In this document: piece after piece, positions 61,225 through 64,000 of the stretch
Layout: every line of letters begins with the position of its first letter
Numbering within the stretch: the first letter of the stretch is position 1
From: Candidatus Marinacidobacterales bacterium
GTDB lineage: Bacteria; Acidobacteriota; Vicinamibacteria; Marinacidobacterales; DATDRI01
DNA length: 64,000 nucleotides
Assembly: GCA_965226495.1 (NCBI GenBank)
Contig: OZ245365.1
Coordinates: 768,001-832,000 of the forward strand
Direction of reading: 5' to 3'
Notes under the pieces: model-generated
Databases searched by the model: none
The model's input: only the letters and a program-made list of their open reading frames with translations
Told to the model about the DNA's origin: nothing
Translations under genes and position numbers: made by a program

Positions 61225-61625
61225 AGCTCGTCTCTACTCTTCGCGGCATCCTGCATGTAGTGGGCATGGGCATCATAGTAATGAGCGTTTGAGAGGTGTT
61301 CCCCTTCCTTCACCAGCACCGCTCCAGACCCGTAGGGTAGGAAGAGACCCTTGTGAGGATCTATCACTATCGAGTGAGAGCGATCCATGCCGAGGAGGAT
61401 CTTATTTTCCTTCTTCGCATAGCGCGAAAAGCGCTCCGTAGGCGCCGTCGATGTGGAACCAGAGAGAATGCCGGCCGGCGATTTCACCTATGTCCCCGAG
61501 GGGATCCACCGCGCCGGTGTCGGCGCTTCCCGCGGAAGCGATGACGAGCCAGGGGCTCAGTCCGGCGGCCTTGTCCTTCTGGATCGTCTTCACGAGGGCC
61601 TCGGGGTCCATCCGACGACGTGCGT
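61225..61625 (-). pseudogene. Internal frameshifted fragment of a PLP-dependent aromatic amino acid decarboxylase
   Basis: ASAG..DTGAVDPL, WFHIDGAYG, DPHKGLFLPYGSG. Confidence 0.8.
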
Positions 61626-61710
61626 CCGGGTCCAAGATTTTGCGAATCAAGGTGTTCTCGGTGATGAAGGCGACGATACGCATCCGGCCCCCGCATTGGT
61701 TACAGGTCAA
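61625..61710 (-). mobile_element. Fragment of a divergent IS91-like transposase C-terminus
   Basis: LTCNQCGGRMRIVAFITENTLIRKILD resembles LTCRQCGNQMKIVAFITEPAVICRIL. Confidence 0.7.
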
Positions 61711-61711
61711 T

Positions 61712-61905
61712 CGGATCAATCCGCAGGGTGATGTTGCCCATGGACGATCCGAGGTACAGAAGCAGTACGAGACGATCTTTGCCAATCGCACAGCAAATCC
61801 ATCGGCTCAACCGTTTCACGCTGACATCACCATTCGTTTTCTGAGACCAGACGTCGCCTTTCTCGACGGTAAATGGCAAGTAGACAGTCCGGACGGCAAA
61901 AGTCT
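61712..61905 (+). pseudogene. Fragment of an NTF2-like (SgcJ/DUF4440) gene
   Basis: INPQG....GR.E....Y..IF...IRFLRPDVAFLDGKW. Confidence 0.6.
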
Positions 61906-61914
61906 CGGTTCCTG

Positions 61915-62808
61915 TTACGGCTTTGCCGGGCTCTCACCGTTCGTGGTAACCGCCAGGGGTCGCACCGGAGAAGAATTCCAGCCGCGGGATCGCATCGCCT
62001 TTTCGAGCTCCGCAATCCGGAGGTTCGCCGGGGGGTGCGAGCGAAAGTATTCCCTCGGTCCTTCCGCCACGACCCTTCCCATCTCATCCACTGGCGTCGA
62101 AGCAGGTTGGTTGGGTCGACCCTCGTTCTCGCCGAGGCGCCGGTAGAGATCGATGGCTCCCTGCGGGGAATAGCCCGCCGCCACCGCATAGCCCAACCCC
62201 ACGAGGTCCGCCTCCAGCTCTTTTTCCTTGTTGTACCCCGCTTGAAAGAGAGTTATCGGAATCGAAGCAATCGCATGTGGCAAAGACAAACCGAGCTTGC
62301 GCGCAGCAAGCGCATACTGGAGCCTTTCGATGGCGTGACGACGGTCCACATGCGCGATCTCATGACCTAGGACGGCTGCCATCTCGTCCTCCGATTCCAT
62401 TGCGTCGTAGAGTCCTCTGAGTATGATCACCTGACCGCCCGGCAGGGCGAAGGCGTTCATCGCAGACCTCGCCTGAACATGGAAGTGATAAGGGATGCGG
62501 TTTCTGTCTACTTGCGCCGCAAGGCGCTTCCCAACTTGCCGAGCGTAAGCCTCGAGCGCGCGGTCGTTTTCCGTCCCTGCGCTCCTTTTCAGGCCGTACC
62601 GCTGTGCCAAGCGGCGGCCAACCTCTTCTTCCTCCTGATCGCTGACGCGGGTTGCGGTTAGTGGCAATCTCTCTGCTTGACGCTGAAAGTCCGCCACCAG
62701 GCGCATCACCGCACCAAGCCCGACCACTGTATCCCCCTGCCCACGCTCGGTGAGATAGACACCGCCCAGCAGTGCCGCCAGAACAAGCGCCATCGCGACT
62801 TTGCGCAT
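61915..62808 (-). CDS. M48 family metallopeptidase
   Basis: NAFALPGG, VLGHEIAH, E.EAD..G, SHP. Confidence 0.9.
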   Translation of the reverse strand: MRKVAMALVLAALLGGVYLTERGQGDTVVGLGAVMRLVADFQRQAERLPLTATRVSDQEEEEVGRRLAQRYGLKRSAGTENDRALEAYARQVGKRLAAQVDRNRIPYHFHVQARSAMNAFALPGGQVIILRGLYDAMESEDEMAAVLGHEIAHVDRRHAIERLQYALAARKLGLSLPHAIASIPITLFQAGYNKEKELEADLVGLGYAVAAGYSPQGAIDLYRRLGENEGRPNQPASTPVDEMGRVVAEGPREYFRSHPPANLRIAELEKAMRSRGWNSSPVRPLAVTTNGESPAKP

Positions 62809-64000
62809 CTACCGATCCAAGACGAGCCTTCTCCACGCCTCCCGGTAGCGGGCGTAGAAGAAAGAAACCAACACCAAGACCGATCCCAGGACGATAAAGG
62901 CGACGATACGCTCCAAGGTCTCTAGTCTCCACACGTCCAGAACGAGGATCTTGGCAGTACTCAAGAGAAGAAGTGCCAAGGCAAAGAGACGGTAAGAGCG
63001 CTCCTTTACCAGCATTCCGAACACGAAGATCGCCAGTGCTTCGACCGCCCAGCCGGCAGTGAGACTCGCTCCCAGCCGGAATTCGAGCGCGAGCAAAACG
63101 GTGACGAGCCCGGCCGCCGAGAAAAAAAAGAAATGTCGGGCGGACAGATCGCAGGTCCGAACGAGCCGGCGAAACCACTGGCTTCCCGAAAGAGCCTCGC
63201 CTTTCCGTTCATCGGGGAAGGCGGTGGCGAAGGCATAGCCTGCCAACAAGACCGCGGCCACGACACCGACTGTTACCGCCCGCAGGGAGCCGACGATATA
63301 GAAGTTCTCCAACACCGCTCGGAACAACACCAAGAGCGCGACCAGCACCCCCTGAATCCGGAACTCTCCGACCTGACTCCGTCGCCCGAAGCCTGTCATG
63401 AGCACCGCGACGACGGCCCAAGCGATGGCCACCCACGCCGGGGTTAGCTCGAACCGCAGGATGGCGAGCAACGCGATCAGTCCAAGCGAAGAGTAAAAAG
63501 CCGGAACGTCCCGGGAAGATTCCCCCGAGGTCAACTTTCCAGCCAGCGCGTCGCTGCGCAGCACCGCAAAAAGGTAATAAAAGAGAACTACTAAAGGCGC
63601 GGTGCTCGCTAGCCTCGCCGACACAGGCCCGAACTGATCCACCGTGTTTAGGTTGGCAACCAGCAGCCGGACGAACGTGGCTCCCGCTAGGAGATGCCCC
63701 TGCCAACGAAAGTCCGATCGTCCAGAGGCTCGGCCGATTTCGACGAGAGCGAGCGTCAAGATAGCCCACCCGATGGCGACGCCGAGGGGCGAGAGCTCGT
63801 ACCACATCAGCAGCGCCAAGATGAGAGTGGCGGCAGGCGCGTTCAGCCAGTGTTGCAGCTGACCATCGGCGCCGCGACTCAACGGGGCCCGTCTCGCCGC
63901 CTCACCGTAGAGGTACAGGACCACCGCGACTGCCCCGGCCACGAGAGTGCGCGGCGCGTCCCCTTCGCTCGGCAAGTCGACGAAGACAACCCTCGCCGCG
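62809..64000 (-). CDS. DUF2339-like polytopic membrane protein (5' end outside window)
   Basis: Repeated TM hairpins; C-terminal KILVLDVW.L.TLERIVAFI.LG..L..VSF.Y. Confidence 0.7.
   Translation of the reverse strand, partial: AARVVFVDLPSEGDAPRTLVAGAVAVVLYLYGEAARRAPLSRGADGQLQHWLNAPAATLILALLMWYELSPLGVAIGWAILTLALVEIGRASGRSDFRWQGHLLAGATFVRLLVANLNTVDQFGPVSARLASTAPLVVLFYYLFAVLRSDALAGKLTSGESSRDVPAFYSSLGLIALLAILRFELTPAWVAIAWAVVAVLMTGFGRRSQVGEFRIQGVLVALLVLFRAVLENFYIVGSLRAVTVGVVAAVLLAGYAFATAFPDERKGEALSGSQWFRRLVRTCDLSARHFFFFSAAGLVTVLLALEFRLGASLTAGWAVEALAIFVFGMLVKERSYRLFALALLLLSTAKILVLDVWRLETLERIVAFIVLGSVLVLVSFFYARYREAWRRLVLDR

Overview
GC-rich bacterial window. Gene content (TolB-propeller Ser/Thr kinase, paralogous sulfatase-like lipoproteins) is reminiscent of Acidobacteriota such as Vicinamibacteria, but this is inference only. 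About 1-20.6 kb is a cell-surface locus: methyltransferase, GT-C-like membrane protein, three GT4 enzymes, a GSCFA protein, a ~1580-aa FN3/discoidin surface protein, four sulfatase-fold lipoproteins lacking the formylglycine Cys, and fdhD. About 20.6-43 kb is mostly housekeeping (3-hydroxyacyl-CoA dehydrogenase, MFS, CoA-transferase, gltA, hom, ispG, pxpA-pxpBC, modABC, arsC) with a dispersed GGGGGTGGGG hairpin repeat and several short local duplications. About 43.1-61.9 kb is an accessory mosaic built around at least eight pieces of an IS91/ISCR-like HUH transposon. The pieces share a 3' end (...AGAAATG(G/C)CTATCTGTT) and are interleaved with intact cargo (Fic, kinase, lipoprotein deaminase plus nucleoside deoxyribosyltransferase, FG-GAP/arylsulfotransferase, cyclase) and with short fragments of unrelated genes. 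This suggests Helitron-like gene-fragment capture, although assembly chimerism cannot be excluded. No rRNA, tRNA or CRISPR array was recognised.
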